A stretch of DNA of 64,000 nucleotides from an uncultured Chloroflexia bacterium (GTDB lineage Bacteria; Chloroflexota; Limnocylindria; QHBO01): assembly GCA_963767985.1 (NCBI GenBank), contig CAVYGE010000005.1:188453-252452 (forward strand). Reading direction: 5' to 3'. Under the pieces are notes generated by a model that saw only the letters and a program-made list of their open reading frames with translations, had not been told where the DNA came from and searched no databases. The position numbers and the translations under genes are program-made. Positions 52,298 to 63,715 of the stretch are shown here, in pieces; positions within the stretch are counted from its first letter, which is position 1, and the number at the start of each line of letters is the position of its first letter.

Positions 52298-55283
52298 ATG
52301 GGTGACTACATGTCATCTTGGTTCGACAAGCTCCTCGAGGAGCTGCAACGCCGCCAGGAAGAGGCCGACGCGCGCAGCGAGGGGCGTCCCTACGAGCGCA
52401 AGCCCCGTGCCGAGCGCAACGTCACGCCGCTCGACGAGGAGCGGCGCCAGCGCCGCACGGGCCGCGCGAACGGCGGCGGCGGCAATGGGCCGGGTGCACC
52501 ACCGGTTGCCGCCGACCTTCCGTGGCGCCGATGGATCGTGATCGGCGGAGCGGTCGTCGCGCTGCTCGTGCTCCTGGGCCTGCTGGGCGGGATCGTGAGC
52601 CTGATCACCGACATCATGTGGTACGACGCGCTCGGTCGGCGCGACATCCTGTTCACCCGCTTCTGGGCCCAGGTCGCGCTGTTCGGCATCGGCTTCGCGG
52701 CGATGCTGGTGCCGGTCGTGGTGAGCGTCTGGCTGGCCGGGCGCATCGCGCCGCAGGCGCCCGTGCGTCAGCTCGGAGGGATCGAGCTGCCGGATGCGTC
52801 GCGCCTCATCGGGATCGGCCTGGCAGTGATCGCCGTGCTGCTGGCGCTCGGCTCGGGGGCCGCGTGGAGCGGCTCGTGGGAGATCGTCCTCCTCTTCATC
52901 AACGGCGCGGCATGGGGGGTCGATGACCCGACCCTCGGCCGCGACATCGGCTTCTACGTCTTCGATCTGCCGTTCTGGCGCTTCCTGCTGGGCTGGGCTT
53001 CGACCGCGCTCATCGTCATCGGGCTGCTGACCATCGGGACCTACGCCGCCCGCGCACTGCGCTGGCAGTTCCACCTCACCGCGCCGGTGCGCGCGCACCT
53101 GTCGGTCATCGGCGCGCTGTTCCTGGTCGTCATTGCCGGCGGCTATCAGCTCGACATCGCGGAGCTCGCGTACTCGACCCGCGGGTGGGACGGCAACGTC
53201 CAGGCGGCGCTCTACACCGACATGAACGCCCAGTACCCCGCGTACGTGATCCTCACCGTCGTCGCGCTCGTCTCGGCCGGGCTGCTCCTGGCGAACACGT
53301 TCTTCCGGACGCTGTGGCTGCTGGGTCTGGCGGCCGGCGCCTGGTTCGTGCTCTCGATCCTGGTCGGCGGCCTGTACCCCGGCTTCGTGCAGCGGGTCCA
53401 GGTCGAGCCGAACGAGCTCAACGTGGAGCGCCCGTACATCCGCAGCCATCTGGAGGCGACGCGCGCCGCGTTCGACCTCGATTCCATCGAGACCCGGCGC
53501 TTCACCGGGGGAAGAGACGATCACGCGCGACCTGCTCGAGGGCGACGCCACCACGATCGACAACCTGCGCCTGTGGGACTACCGGCCGTTGCTCACGACG
53601 TTCGGCCAGCAGCAGATCCTCCGCCGCTACTACACCTTCTCCGATGTCGACATCGACCGCTACACGATCGAGGACGAGCAGCGCCAGATCATGCTGAGCG
53701 CCCGGGAGCTCGACGTCGACCTGTTCGGCGACAATCGCACCTGGACGAACGAGCGGCTCGTGTACACCCACGGCTACGGCATCACCGCGGTGCCGGTGGA
53801 TGCGGTGACCGACGCGGGAACGCCCGACTACCTCGTCAGCGGCATCAACCGCGAGCCGCGGCTCCCGATCGGCCAGCCGCGGATCTACTTCGGCGAGGAG
53901 ACCGACACGTACGTCGTCACCTCGACGTCCACGCGCGAGTTCGATTACCCACTGGACAGTGACGCGGGCGGCGAGGCCGGCGCCGAGACGATCTGGGAGG
54001 GGACGACCGGGGTCGACATCGGCAACCCGCTGAATCGGCTGCTCTTCGCCCTCCGCTTCAGCGACTTCAACCTCCTCATCAGCGGCCAGCTCACCGACCA
54101 GTCGCAGATCCTCTTCCGCCGCGACATCGAGGAGCGCGTCACGGAGATCGCCCCGTTCCTCGCCTACGACCGCGATCCGTACCTGGTGGCCGCCGACGAC
54201 CGGCTGCTCTGGATCTGGGACGCGTACACCGTGACCAACCGCTACCCGAACGCGCAGCCGCTGTCGAGTGAGAGCCGGTTCGCGGGCGCGAACTACCTGC
54301 GCAACAGCGTGAAGGTCGTGGTCGACGCCTACAACGGCACGGTCCGCTTCTTCCTGGCCGATCCCGACGAGCCGATCGTGGCTGCCTACGGACGGATCTT
54401 CCCGAACCTGTTCGAGCCGCTCGATGCCATGCCCGAGGAGCTCCGCGAGCATCTGCGCTATCCCGAGGACCTCTTCCTGGCGCAGAACCAGTCGTTCCGG
54501 CTCTATCACCTGCCGGCGACCGATGGCGGTGCCACCACCTTCTACAACCAGGACGACCGCTGGGCCATTCCCGAGGACGTGATCGCCGGCACGGGCCAGC
54601 CGATGGAGCCCTACTACGTGATCATGCGCATCCCCGGCGAGGACGAGGCCGAGTTCGTGCTCATCCAGCCAATGGTTCCCGAGGGCCGGCCGAACATGAT
54701 CGCCTGGGTCGCGGCCCGCATGGACCCCGGTGTCTACGGCGAACGGATCGCGTTCCAGTTCCCGACCGGTACGACCACCCAGGGGCCGGTCCAGATCGAG
54801 GCGCGTATCGGAGCCGATGACGCGATCAGCGAGCAGTTCACCCTGTGGTCGAGCGCCGGGTCGCGCGTCGTGCGCGGCAACCTGCTCGTGCTGCCGATCG
54901 GCGATGACGCGCTCCTCTACGTCGAGCCGATCTTCCTCCAGGCCGAGGGTGCCCCGTTCCCCGAGTTCGTGCGGGTGATCATGGCCGACCAGCGTCGCGT
55001 CGCCTTTGCCAGCTCGGTCGAGGAAGGCATTCGCCAGCTCCTCGGCGAGGCCGAGCCTCCGCCGCCCGAGGCACCGGAACCGAGCCCGTCGCCAGGCGAG
55101 TCTCCCGGGCCGGAACCGACGCCTGGCCAGCTGCCGTCCGATGCCGCGGGCCTCATCGCCGAGGCGCAGCGCCTCTACGACGCCGCGCAGTCGGCACTCG
55201 ATCGCGGCGATCTCGGCGCCTACCAGGAGCGGATCAACGAGCTGGCAGAGGTCCTCGACGCACTCGAGGCGCTGTCCGAGTAG
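52298..55283 (+). CDS. UPF0182 family membrane protein (frameshift near 53510)
   Basis: DPTLGRDIGFYVFDLPF, NLRLWD, YTHGYG, RIYFGE, YLRNSVKVVVDAYNG, VRGNLLVLP. Confidence 0.93.
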
Positions 55284-55318
55284 CGAACCTGCTGCCCGCA
55301 GTCCGTAGACTCGAAGGC

Positions 55319-56596
55319 ATGGACGTGCTGGTCATCGGGTCAGGCGGCCGAGAGCATGCCCTCGCCTGGCGTCTTGCGCGCGACGAGGGCGTGCGGCGGG
55401 TGCGGATCCTCCCCGGGAATGCCGGGACTGCGGCCGTCGGTGAGAACGTCGACCTCGATCCGACCGATGTCACCGCGGTGGCCCGCCACGCCATGCGCGA
55501 GCGCTACGGCCTGGTGGTGATCGGTCCGGAGGGCCCACTGGCCGCCGGCTTGGCCGACGAGCTTGCCTCCGCCGGCATCCCGACATTCGGTCCGAGCCGG
55601 GCGGCCACCCGGCTCGAGTCGAGCAAGGCGTTCGCGAAGGAGCAGATGCGCCGAGCGGGCGTCCCGACCGCCACCGCCCGAAGCTTCACCGACCCCGATG
55701 CGGCACTGGCCCATGTGGCGGCCGCGTCCCGGCCACCCGTCGTGAAGGCAGACTGGCTGGCCGCCGGCAAGGGGGTGGTGGTGCCCGAGACGACCGAGGA
55801 GGCGTCCGATGCGGTGCGAGCCCTCTTCGACAGCGTGGCCGCCGGCGCGCGCGTGCTGCTCGAGGATCGCCTGGCCGGTCCGGAGGTGAGCGCGTTCGCG
55901 CTCGTCGGGGACGAGGTCGTGGTGCCGCTGGCGTCCGCCTGCGACTACAAGCGCCTGGGTGACGGCGATGCCGGACCGAACACCGGAGGGATGGGCGCCT
56001 ACACGCCGGTTCCGTGGTTCGGGACCGGCGAGCTCGAGGAGATCGCGGCCGCGGTCTTCGAGCCGATCGCCTGGCGCATGGCTCGCGACGGCTTCCCGTA
56101 TCGGGGCGTGCTGTACGCGGGCCTGATGATCACCGACGACGGCCCGATGGTCATCGAGTTCAACGCGCGCTTCGGTGACCCCGAGGCCCAGGTCCTGCTG
56201 CCGATGCTCGAGGGTGATCTGAGCGGAGCCCTGATGGGCTGTGCGACCGCCGACCGCGGCCTGATGGAGGGCTCGGTCGGTCCGCGTCCCGGCGCGGCGG
56301 TCGGTGTCGTCGTGGCATCAGCGGGCTACCCGGGCGATCCGCAGGTCGGACGTCCGCTCCTTGGCGCCGAGCCGTCATCGGCGTCGGATGACGGCAACGT
56401 GCTGTGCTTCCACGGCGGCGTGGCACGCCCCTCCGACGCGTCGTACGAGGCAAGCGGCGGCCGCGTCGTGACGATGGTCGGGCGCGGACCGACCATGGCC
56501 GCGGCACGGGACGCGGCTTACGGCGGCGTGGCGGCCGTAGAGCTCGAGGGCGGGCAGTTTCGGTCGGACGTCGCGGCGCGCGAGCTCACCGACTGA
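55319..56596 (+). CDS. purD: Phosphoribosylamine--glycine ligase
   Basis: GSGGREHAL, PNTGGMGAY, EFNARFGDPEAQ, GGRV. Confidence 0.97.
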   Translation: MDVLVIGSGGREHALAWRLARDEGVRRVRILPGNAGTAAVGENVDLDPTDVTAVARHAMRERYGLVVIGPEGPLAAGLADELASAGIPTFGPSRAATRLESSKAFAKEQMRRAGVPTATARSFTDPDAALAHVAAASRPPVVKADWLAAGKGVVVPETTEEASDAVRALFDSVAAGARVLLEDRLAGPEVSAFALVGDEVVVPLASACDYKRLGDGDAGPNTGGMGAYTPVPWFGTGELEEIAAAVFEPIAWRMARDGFPYRGVLYAGLMITDDGPMVIEFNARFGDPEAQVLLPMLEGDLSGALMGCATADRGLMEGSVGPRPGAAVGVVVASAGYPGDPQVGRPLLGAEPSSASDDGNVLCFHGGVARPSDASYEASGGRVVTMVGRGPTMAAARDAAYGGVAAVELEGGQFRSDVAARELTD

Positions 56597-56614
56597 GCCC
56601 GCGCGCCGATCGGG

Positions 56615-57964
56615 TCAGCGGCGGGTGCTGCCGGGAATCATGAGGTCCAGCCAGACCAGCCGATGGTCGCTGCTCGGCACGGGGAAGCCGGTGCCGGTCA
56701 GGTAGACGAGGTCGCTGCCGGGCTCCGGCCAGAAGACGCCAGCATCGGCGATGCGCAGGCTCCGGCTCGGCAGGACGTAGTCAGCCCGCAGGTTGCCCGG
56801 TCCGCTGCACGGCGGGAATGCGGGGGTGTCGCAGAAGTCCGCCGTGTCATATGCCGGATCACTGCGATGTCCGTCGTTCAGGGCTCCCTGGACTGCGGCC
56901 CACTCGGTGCCTCCCGCGCTCGACGGAGTGACCTTGGTATTGATCCGCGGGCTGTCCAGCAGCTGCTGGATCGAGCCGGGGATGCTGTCGCCGTCGAGCG
57001 GATCGGAGTTCTGGTCGCCGGCGATCACGAACTTGGAGCCGGGCTTCAGTCCGCCCCACGCGCCGGTGTCGTCGTAGATATACGCGCCGGCACCCGGGGT
57101 CACGTAGTCGGCCCACAGGCGAATCTCGTCGAAGTTGCGCCGCCCGTTGCGATCCTCCGGTCCATCGAAGACCGGTGGCGTCGGATGGCTGACGAGGAAG
57201 TGGACCGTGGTGCCACCCACATCGATCGGCACGTCCCAGTGGGACTTGCTCGACAGGGGGAGGATGGCGAGCTCATCGGCGCTGTACCAGTCCGCGGGCG
57301 CGCCGGTGGAGGGGTCATCGGGGAGCAGCGCGCCGGGCATGTCCTGCCACTTGAAGTCGCGGAACGTCCGGGCCGCGCCGTGGTCGATCGGGTGCTGGCT
57401 GAAGACCGCCATGCCGAACTGGCCGGGGAAGAATCCGAAGCCGAGGGCATCGTCGCCGTAGCCGGGCATGGTCGGGTCGGTCACGGCCACGCCGTTGTTG
57501 TTGAGGTCGAAGCCGGATGCGATGCCGGTGTTCGACGGTGCCACGAAGACGTGGGGATAGTGGATCGGCTCCTGTCCGTTCTGGCTCACGCCGAGATAGT
57601 TGGCCTGGAACGCGGCCGTCAGGGAATTGCCGGTGATCGGGCCGTCGACGTAGTCGAATTCGTTGACGAGCAGGACCTCGGGCCGGGTGCGCTGGATGAT
57701 CTCGGCGACGGCGGCGGCCTGCGCGCGGCGACCGCGGAGTGCCGCATCGGGTTCGGCCGGGTCGTACGGCGAGGAGAGATCGCTCAGCGCCTGGCCGGCG
57801 GCCCCGCGGTTCAGGGATGCGTTGAACGTCGCGAAGCGGACCGCTTCGGGCGGTCCCTTGGCCTCCGCGGGTGGCGCGATCAACAGGGTCGAGAGTGCCA
57901 TGAGCAGCGCCAGCAGAAGCGCAGCGGCGGCGCGGGTATCGTGCATCGCACGTTGGGTGGTCAT
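56615..57964 (-). CDS. Secreted endonuclease/exonuclease/phosphatase family protein
   Basis: Signal peptide; RFATFNASLNR, LLVNEFD, SSKSHWDVP, GDQNSDP, LRADYVLPS, SSDHRLVW. Confidence 0.88.
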   Translation of the reverse strand: MTTQRAMHDTRAAAALLLALLMALSTLLIAPPAEAKGPPEAVRFATFNASLNRGAAGQALSDLSSPYDPAEPDAALRGRRAQAAAVAEIIQRTRPEVLLVNEFDYVDGPITGNSLTAAFQANYLGVSQNGQEPIHYPHVFVAPSNTGIASGFDLNNNGVAVTDPTMPGYGDDALGFGFFPGQFGMAVFSQHPIDHGAARTFRDFKWQDMPGALLPDDPSTGAPADWYSADELAILPLSSKSHWDVPIDVGGTTVHFLVSHPTPPVFDGPEDRNGRRNFDEIRLWADYVTPGAGAYIYDDTGAWGGLKPGSKFVIAGDQNSDPLDGDSIPGSIQQLLDSPRINTKVTPSSAGGTEWAAVQGALNDGHRSDPAYDTADFCDTPAFPPCSGPGNLRADYVLPSRSLRIADAGVFWPEPGSDLVYLTGTGFPVPSSDHRLVWLDLMIPGSTRR

Positions 57965-58042
57965 CGCGGCCTCGCTGTGGAAGTGTGGCCCCCATTGCAT
58001 CACATGACCTGCCCCGGCGCGAGTCGGGCTATTCTTTCCGCC

Positions 58043-58528
58043 ATGCCATCCATCGCCGTCGTGTGCGGCTCTCGCTCCGACCTCGTCACGCTCAAGGGCT
58101 GCTTCGACGTTCTCGACTCATACGGGATCTCGTGGGAAGCCTCGGTCATCAGCGCCCATCGCCAGGCCGATGCCTTGCATGCCTACGTCGCCGAGGCCGA
58201 ATCCTCGGGCGTCAAGCTGTTCATCGGCGCGGCGGGCCTGGCCGCTCACCTGCCCGGCGTGCTGGCCAGCCTGACGGCGAGACCCGTCATCGGCATTCCC
58301 CTGGACGGTGGATCGCTGGGCGGGGCCGATGCGCTCTACGCGGTGGTCCAGATGCCCCCGGGAGTACCCGTGGCGACCGTCGCCATCGGTTCGGCCGGTG
58401 CGAAGAACGCGGCCCACCTGGCGGCGCGCATCCTTGCTTTGTCCGACGTGGAGGTCGCCGACCGTGTCATGGCGTTTCGGCGCGAGCAGGCGGGGAACGC
58501 CGAGCTGCGGATCGATCCGCGGGTCTGA
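58043..58528 (+). CDS. purE: N5-CAIR mutase
   Basis: GSRSD, SAHR, GAAGLAAHLPGV, QMPPGVPVATV. Confidence 0.96.
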   Translation: MPSIAVVCGSRSDLVTLKGCFDVLDSYGISWEASVISAHRQADALHAYVAEAESSGVKLFIGAAGLAAHLPGVLASLTARPVIGIPLDGGSLGGADALYAVVQMPPGVPVATVAIGSAGAKNAAHLAARILALSDVEVADRVMAFRREQAGNAELRIDPRV

Positions 58529-58540
58529 GCGGGGGCACGC

Positions 58541-58981
58541 TCACCTCGCCTCGAGGAGGCCCACGATCCTGCGTTCAAGCTCCAGGATCCGCCCATCCAG
58601 CTGCTCGACCCGCTCGAGGATCGCTCGATTCCCACGCAGGAGCTCCTCGATCTGCCGCTCCTCGACATCTGACTGGTGGGCTGCGTGCTCGAGCGTCATG
58701 CGATCCCGGCGCGCCGCGCGGTTGCCAGCCAGCAGGATGAGCGGCGCGGCGTACGCGGCCTGGGTCGAGAAGGCGAGGTTGAGCAGGATGAACGGGAACG
58801 GGTCGAAGCTCACGTTGAGCAGGTGATAGACATTCATTGCGACCCAGGCCGCAACGATCATCGTCTGGATCACGATGAATGCCCAACTGCCCATGAAGCC
58901 GGTCACGCGATCGGCAACGCGGGCACCGAGCGGTGCTTCAGCGATGAGCTCCAGATTCACCGGATGCCGGTAGTCCGCCAT
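58541..58981 (-). CDS. DUF1003 protein
   Basis: GSWAFI, FDPFPFILLNLAFSTQAAYAAPLIL. Confidence 0.9.
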   Translation of the reverse strand: MADYRHPVNLELIAEAPLGARVADRVTGFMGSWAFIVIQTMIVAAWVAMNVYHLLNVSFDPFPFILLNLAFSTQAAYAAPLILLAGNRAARRDRMTLEHAAHQSDVEERQIEELLRGNRAILERVEQLDGRILELERRIVGLLEAR

Positions 58982-59058
58982 GTTCGCTCCTCGCGCCGTG
59001 AGTGGGCGCATGGTAGGTCATCACTGCGTGACGCCGACGTCCTCGGTATTCTCGAACC

Positions 59059-60366
59059 GTGATCGACCGATACGCGCTTCCCGAGCTGCGCGAGATCTTC
59101 AGTGAGGGTCGCAAGCTCGAGCTGTGGCTGCGGATCGAGCTGCTGGCGGTCGAGGCCATGCACCAGGCGGGGGTCGTCCCCGCGGCAGACTGGGAACGCA
59201 TTCGGACGACGGCGACGACCGTCGATGCCGGACGGGCGCGCGAGATCGAGAAGGAGTCCCAGCACGACATCATCGCCTTCCTGCGCTCGGTCACCGAGGG
59301 ACTGGGTCCCGAGGGACGCTGGCTGCACTTCGGCCTGACCAGCTCGGACGTGCTCGACACGGCGACGGCCGTCGTGCTCCGGGATGCGACCTCCGTCCTC
59401 GAGGGGGAGCTGGCGCGGCTCGTCGAGATCACGCAACGCCTGGCGCGCGAGCACCGAACCACTCCGATGGTCGGGCGCAGCCACGGGATCCACGCGGAGC
59501 CGATCACGTTCGGCTTCAAGGTCGCGGGCTGGTACGCCGAGCTGACGCGTGACGCCGATCGACTGGCAAGGGCGCGGACGCAGGTCGCGGTCGGCTCGAT
59601 CTCCGGTGCCGTCGGGACGCACGCCAACGTGTCCGAAACGGTCGAGCGCCACATCCTCGCCGGCCTCGGCCTCGAGCCAGATCCGGCCCCCACCCAGGTC
59701 GTCAGCCGGGATCGCCATGCCGAGCTGCTCACGGTGCTCGCCATCCTGGGCGGGACGCTCGAGCGGGTGGCGATCGAGATTCGCCACCTTCAGCGCACCG
59801 AGGTCGGGGAGGCATTCGAGCCGTTCGGTTCGGGCCAGCAGGGAAGCAGCGCCATGCCGCACAAGCGCAACCCGATCCTGGCCGAGCGGGTCTCCGGCAT
59901 GGCGCGCCTGCTGCGGGGCGATGCGCTGATCGGCCTCGAGAACATGGCGCTCTGGCATGAGCGCGACATCAGCCACAGCTCAGCCGAGCGGTTCGTCTTC
60001 GAGCGATCGATCGGGGTCGCGGCTTACGCCACCCGCACCCTGGGGGACATCCTGGACGGCCTGGAGGTCGACGCCGACCGCATGGCGCACAACCTCGACC
60101 AGTTGGGCGGCATGGTCTACTCCGAAGCGCTCCTGCTGGCCATGATCGCGAAGGGGGCGGATCGCCAGGCTGCCTACCGGCTCGTCCAGGCTGCGGCGAA
60201 GCAGGCGTGGGCCGGCGAGGCGACCTTCCGAGACGCGCTGAGATCGGATCCCGCCGTCGGGGAGTGGCTGACCGCTGACGAGATCGATCGAGCCATGGAT
60301 CTCGAGCATCACCTCGCCGGGATCGCGGTCACGTACCGCGCCCTCGGCCTCGACGACGCTCCGTAG
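59059..60366 (+). CDS. purB: Adenylosuccinate lyase
   Basis: MIDRY, HFGLTSSD, GRSHGIHAEP, GSSAMPHKRNP, WHERDISHSS. Confidence 0.97.
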   Translation: MIDRYALPELREIFSEGRKLELWLRIELLAVEAMHQAGVVPAADWERIRTTATTVDAGRAREIEKESQHDIIAFLRSVTEGLGPEGRWLHFGLTSSDVLDTATAVVLRDATSVLEGELARLVEITQRLAREHRTTPMVGRSHGIHAEPITFGFKVAGWYAELTRDADRLARARTQVAVGSISGAVGTHANVSETVERHILAGLGLEPDPAPTQVVSRDRHAELLTVLAILGGTLERVAIEIRHLQRTEVGEAFEPFGSGQQGSSAMPHKRNPILAERVSGMARLLRGDALIGLENMALWHERDISHSSAERFVFERSIGVAAYATRTLGDILDGLEVDADRMAHNLDQLGGMVYSEALLLAMIAKGADRQAAYRLVQAAAKQAWAGEATFRDALRSDPAVGEWLTADEIDRAMDLEHHLAGIAVTYRALGLDDAP

Positions 60367-60377
60367 CCGTCGCGGTC

Positions 60378-61248
60378 GTGAAACGCTGGGGCGCGGCGGC
60401 CGGCGCATCGGCGCACCAGGTGTCGGAGCATCCGGACCTGTGGGTGCCCGGTGCTCTGGGTTGGCTGGTGAGCGTCGGGTGGATCCCGTTCATCGTGACG
60501 GTCGTCCGGCCACCGTCCGTGTCCGACCTGACCTTCGTGGGAGCGCGGCTCGCCACGTCGGGGGCCTGGCCCTGGAACGCGGTGGTCATCGGCGCCGGGA
60601 CGCTGGCGATGGTCGGGGTGGCGCTCGCGCTGTCGGCCGGCGCCAATGCCACCCTGATCGCCCTTCACGAGCGCCGCCAGACGCGCGTCGTGGATGCCAT
60701 CCGACTGTTCCGGGTGTCCGTCGTGGCGGGCCTGCCGGCGGGGCTCGCGATCGGGACCCTCCTTGGCGCCGCGGCCCTCGTGGCGCCCGGGCAGTTCAAC
60801 GCGCCCGACCCGCCGGGCGGACCGCTGCTCAGCACCCTCGGCAGGCTCGTTCCGTTCCTCGCTCCTCGTCGGCGCGGCGGTCGTCGGTGGCCTGATGGTC
60901 GCCGCGATCGGCGGCAGGCTCGCGGTGGCGGAGCAGGGCGGGCCACTCCCCGCCATCGCGGCCGCGGCACGCCGGGCGCTGCGCGGCGCCGAGCTCATCC
61001 ACGCGATCGTGTCGCTGACCGCCGCCGGCCTTCTCATCGGGCTGGCCGTCATGCTGCTCGGGGTGCTCTGGGCGCCGATTCGTGCCGACCTCGGCGTGAT
61101 TGGCGCGTTCGACCTCGTGACCGGCTCGCTGCTGGTAGGCTTCGTCGCGGTGTGGCTCGGCATCGTCCTGGCGGGCGGCGCCCTCCACGCATGGTCGGCC
61201 ACCACGTGGTCGCGGCTCGTCGCGACCGACGCACCCTGGAGGATGTGA
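60378..61248 (+). CDS. Hypothetical polytopic membrane protein (frameshift near 60865)
   Basis: Multiple hydrophobic segments spanning two frames. Confidence 0.6.
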
Positions 61249-61255
61249 GCCCCTC

Positions 61256-61750
61256 GTGGAAGACCTGACCCTTGGCACTCAGCTCGAGCTGACGGCGCGC
61301 CTCGTGGTCGCGCTCGTGCTGGGAGCGGTGATCGGCTGGGAGCGTGAGCTCCAGCGCATGCCCGCTGGCTTTCGGACTCACGCGCTGGTATCGCTGGGGG
61401 CGGCGATTTTCACGGTGGTCGGCGCGTATGCGTTCGTGGGATCGAACCCGGATCCGACGCGCGTCGCCGCGCAGATCGTGTCCGGGATCGGGTTCCTGGG
61501 GGGCGGCGCGATCCTGCACTATGGCGGAACCGTGCGCGGACTCACGACGGCCGCCTCGCTGTGGGCGGTGGCGGCCGTGGGAATGGCGGCCGGGGCCGGT
61601 CTTCTCCTCATGGCGGCGATCAGCACGGCCCTGATCATCATTGCGCTGGAGGTCTTTCAACGTCTCGAGCGCGTCGCCAAACGGCGGCTCAACATCCCGA
61701 CCGGCCGAGCGCCGGCTCCGACCAATGACGAAGCCGAGGAGGGCGATTGA
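61256..61750 (+). CDS. MgtC/SapB family membrane protein
   Basis: IGWERE, AGFRTHALV, DPTRVAAQIVSGIGFLGGG, GLTTAASLW. Confidence 0.92.
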   Translation: MEDLTLGTQLELTARLVVALVLGAVIGWERELQRMPAGFRTHALVSLGAAIFTVVGAYAFVGSNPDPTRVAAQIVSGIGFLGGGAILHYGGTVRGLTTAASLWAVAAVGMAAGAGLLLMAAISTALIIIALEVFQRLERVAKRRLNIPTGRAPAPTNDEAEEGD

Positions 61751-61752
61751 CG

Positions 61753-62649
61753 ATGACCGGTGCCATGCTGGCGACCGAGATCGAGGGACTGCAGCGCATT
61801 CATCGCGGGAAGGTGCGGGAGACGTACGAGGTCGACGATCGCCACCTCCTGCTGGTGGCGACCGACCGGCTGTCGGCGTTCGACGTCGTGTTCTCGCAGC
61901 CGATTCCCGACAAGGGCGCGGTCCTCACCCGCCTCTCGGCGTGGTGGTTCGAGCAGCTTGCCGGCCTGGGCCGATCCCACTTCGTCAGCGCCGACCCGGA
62001 CCGATTGCCCGAAGCCGCGCAGACCCCGGAGCTGGCCCCACGCTCGATGCTCGTGCGGCGCGCCCAGCGCGTCGACGCCGAGTGCGTGGTGCGCGGCTAC
62101 CTCGCCGGATCCGGCTGGGCGGAGTACCAGCGCGACGGGACGGTCTGCGGCCACCGCCTGCCGGGCGGCCTGCGGGAAGCGGATCGGCTCCCGGAGCCGA
62201 TCTTCACGCCGTCGACCAAGGCGGAGGTCGGGCATGACGAGAACATCAGTCGGGAGCAGCTGGCCGACCTCGTGGGCGCAGACCTGGGGCGCCAGCTGGA
62301 AGAGCGGTCGATCGCCCTCTACGCCGAGGGGGCCCGCCGTGCGGAGGAGGTCGGCCTGATCCTGGCCGACACGAAGTTCGAGTTCGGGTTCATCGACGGC
62401 CAGCTGGCGGTGATCGACGAGGTGCTGACGCCCGATTCGTCGCGGTTCTGGGATGGCGACACCTACGCCCCCGGGTCGAGCCCGCAGAGCTTCGACAAGC
62501 AGTTCGTGCGCGACTTCGTGGCAGACGCCGGCTGGAATAAGGAGCCTCCCGCCCCGGAGCTCCCGCAGGACGTGATCGATGGCACTCGGGAGCGCTACGT
62601 GGCGGCCTTCGAGCGCCTCACCGGGCGACCCTGGGACGCACCGGCCTGA
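61753..62649 (+). CDS. purC: SAICAR synthase
   Basis: GKVRETY, ATDRLSAFD, ECVVRGYLAGS, ADTKFEFG, DEVLTPDSSRFW. Confidence 0.97.
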   Translation: MTGAMLATEIEGLQRIHRGKVRETYEVDDRHLLLVATDRLSAFDVVFSQPIPDKGAVLTRLSAWWFEQLAGLGRSHFVSADPDRLPEAAQTPELAPRSMLVRRAQRVDAECVVRGYLAGSGWAEYQRDGTVCGHRLPGGLREADRLPEPIFTPSTKAEVGHDENISREQLADLVGADLGRQLEERSIALYAEGARRAEEVGLILADTKFEFGFIDGQLAVIDEVLTPDSSRFWDGDTYAPGSSPQSFDKQFVRDFVADAGWNKEPPAPELPQDVIDGTRERYVAAFERLTGRPWDAPA

Positions 62650-62651
62650 GC

Positions 62652-62933
62652 ATGCGCTGGATCGCCGAAGTCCACGTGTCGCTGCGGTCGGGCATTGCCG
62701 ATCCTGAGGGGCAGACGATCGGATCGGGCCTGCGGGCGCTCGGCTACGACTCGGTCGCGGAGGTCCGCAGCGGGAAGCTGCTGCGGATCGTGTTCGAGGC
62801 CGCGAGCTCGGACAAGGCACAGGCGGCCGTTGCCGACATGTGCCGCCGGCTGTTGGCCAACCCGGTCATGGAGACCGCCACGTGGGAGCTCCGCGCCGAC
62901 GAGCAGCAGGACGCCGAGCAGGCGAACCCGTGA
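62652..62933 (+). CDS. purS: FGAM synthase subunit PurS
   Basis: DPEGQTI, VRSGK, CRRLLANPVME. Confidence 0.93.
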   Translation: MRWIAEVHVSLRSGIADPEGQTIGSGLRALGYDSVAEVRSGKLLRIVFEAASSDKAQAAVADMCRRLLANPVMETATWELRADEQQDAEQANP

Positions 62934-63685
62934 CGCTCATCGGCCAGGCCCCACGCGTCGCGGTTGCCGTCTTCCCCGGCACCTGGTCCGAGCGCGACTT
63001 CGTGCACGTTGCCGAGACGGTCCTCGGCTGGCGCGCCCGTCTCGTGTGGCACGCGGAGCGCGACCTCGGAGCGCCGGATGCGGTCGTGCTGCCGGGCGGC
63101 TTCGCCCACGGCGACCATCTGCGCACCGGCGCCATCGCCCGCTTCTCGCCGCTGATGTCGGCGGTGGAGGCATTCGCCGCCGCCGGGGGACCGGTGATCG
63201 GCTCGTGCAACGGGTTCCAGGTGCTCACCGAAGCCGGCCTGCTGCCGGGTGCGCTGATGCGCAACGATCATCTCGAGTTTCGCTGCGACTGGCAGGACCT
63301 GCGCGTCGAGCATCCCGGCGCCGCGTCGCCATGGCTCAACGACCTTGCCGACGGCGACGTCATCCGGTTGCCCATCAGCCACGGCGAGGGCCGGTACGTT
63401 GCGGACCCCGAGACGCTCGACGAGCTGGAGCGCGAGGATCGGGTCGTGCTGCGCTATGCCGGGCCGGATGGCGAGGTCCGCCCGGAGGCGAATCCCAACG
63501 GCTCCGAACGCGGGATCGCGGGCATCGTCAACGCGGCGGGCAATGTCCTCGGGCTCATGCCCCATCCCGAACGTGCGGCCGAAACCGAGGTGGGCGGGAC
63601 GGACGGCCTTCGCCTCTTCCGTTCGCTCGAACGGTGGCTGCACGACCAGCCGGCGCGCGCAGAGCGTCGAGTATCATCGCCATGA
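62930..63685 (+). CDS. purQ: FGAM synthase glutaminase subunit PurQ
   Basis: VFPGT, LPGGFAHGDHLR, GSCNGFQ, HGEGRY, NPNGS, MPHPER. Confidence 0.96.
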   Translation: MTLIGQAPRVAVAVFPGTWSERDFVHVAETVLGWRARLVWHAERDLGAPDAVVLPGGFAHGDHLRTGAIARFSPLMSAVEAFAAAGGPVIGSCNGFQVLTEAGLLPGALMRNDHLEFRCDWQDLRVEHPGAASPWLNDLADGDVIRLPISHGEGRYVADPETLDELEREDRVVLRYAGPDGEVRPEANPNGSERGIAGIVNAAGNVLGLMPHPERAAETEVGGTDGLRLFRSLERWLHDQPARAERRVSSP

Positions 63686-63715
63686 CCGCCCAGAGCAGCC
63701 GCAGGAGGCGAACGA

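Noticed and set aside
55284-63685. Purine, ZTP or PRPP riboswitch ahead of pur/gua genes
   Set aside because: Intergenic gaps are too short and no aptamer consensus is seen.
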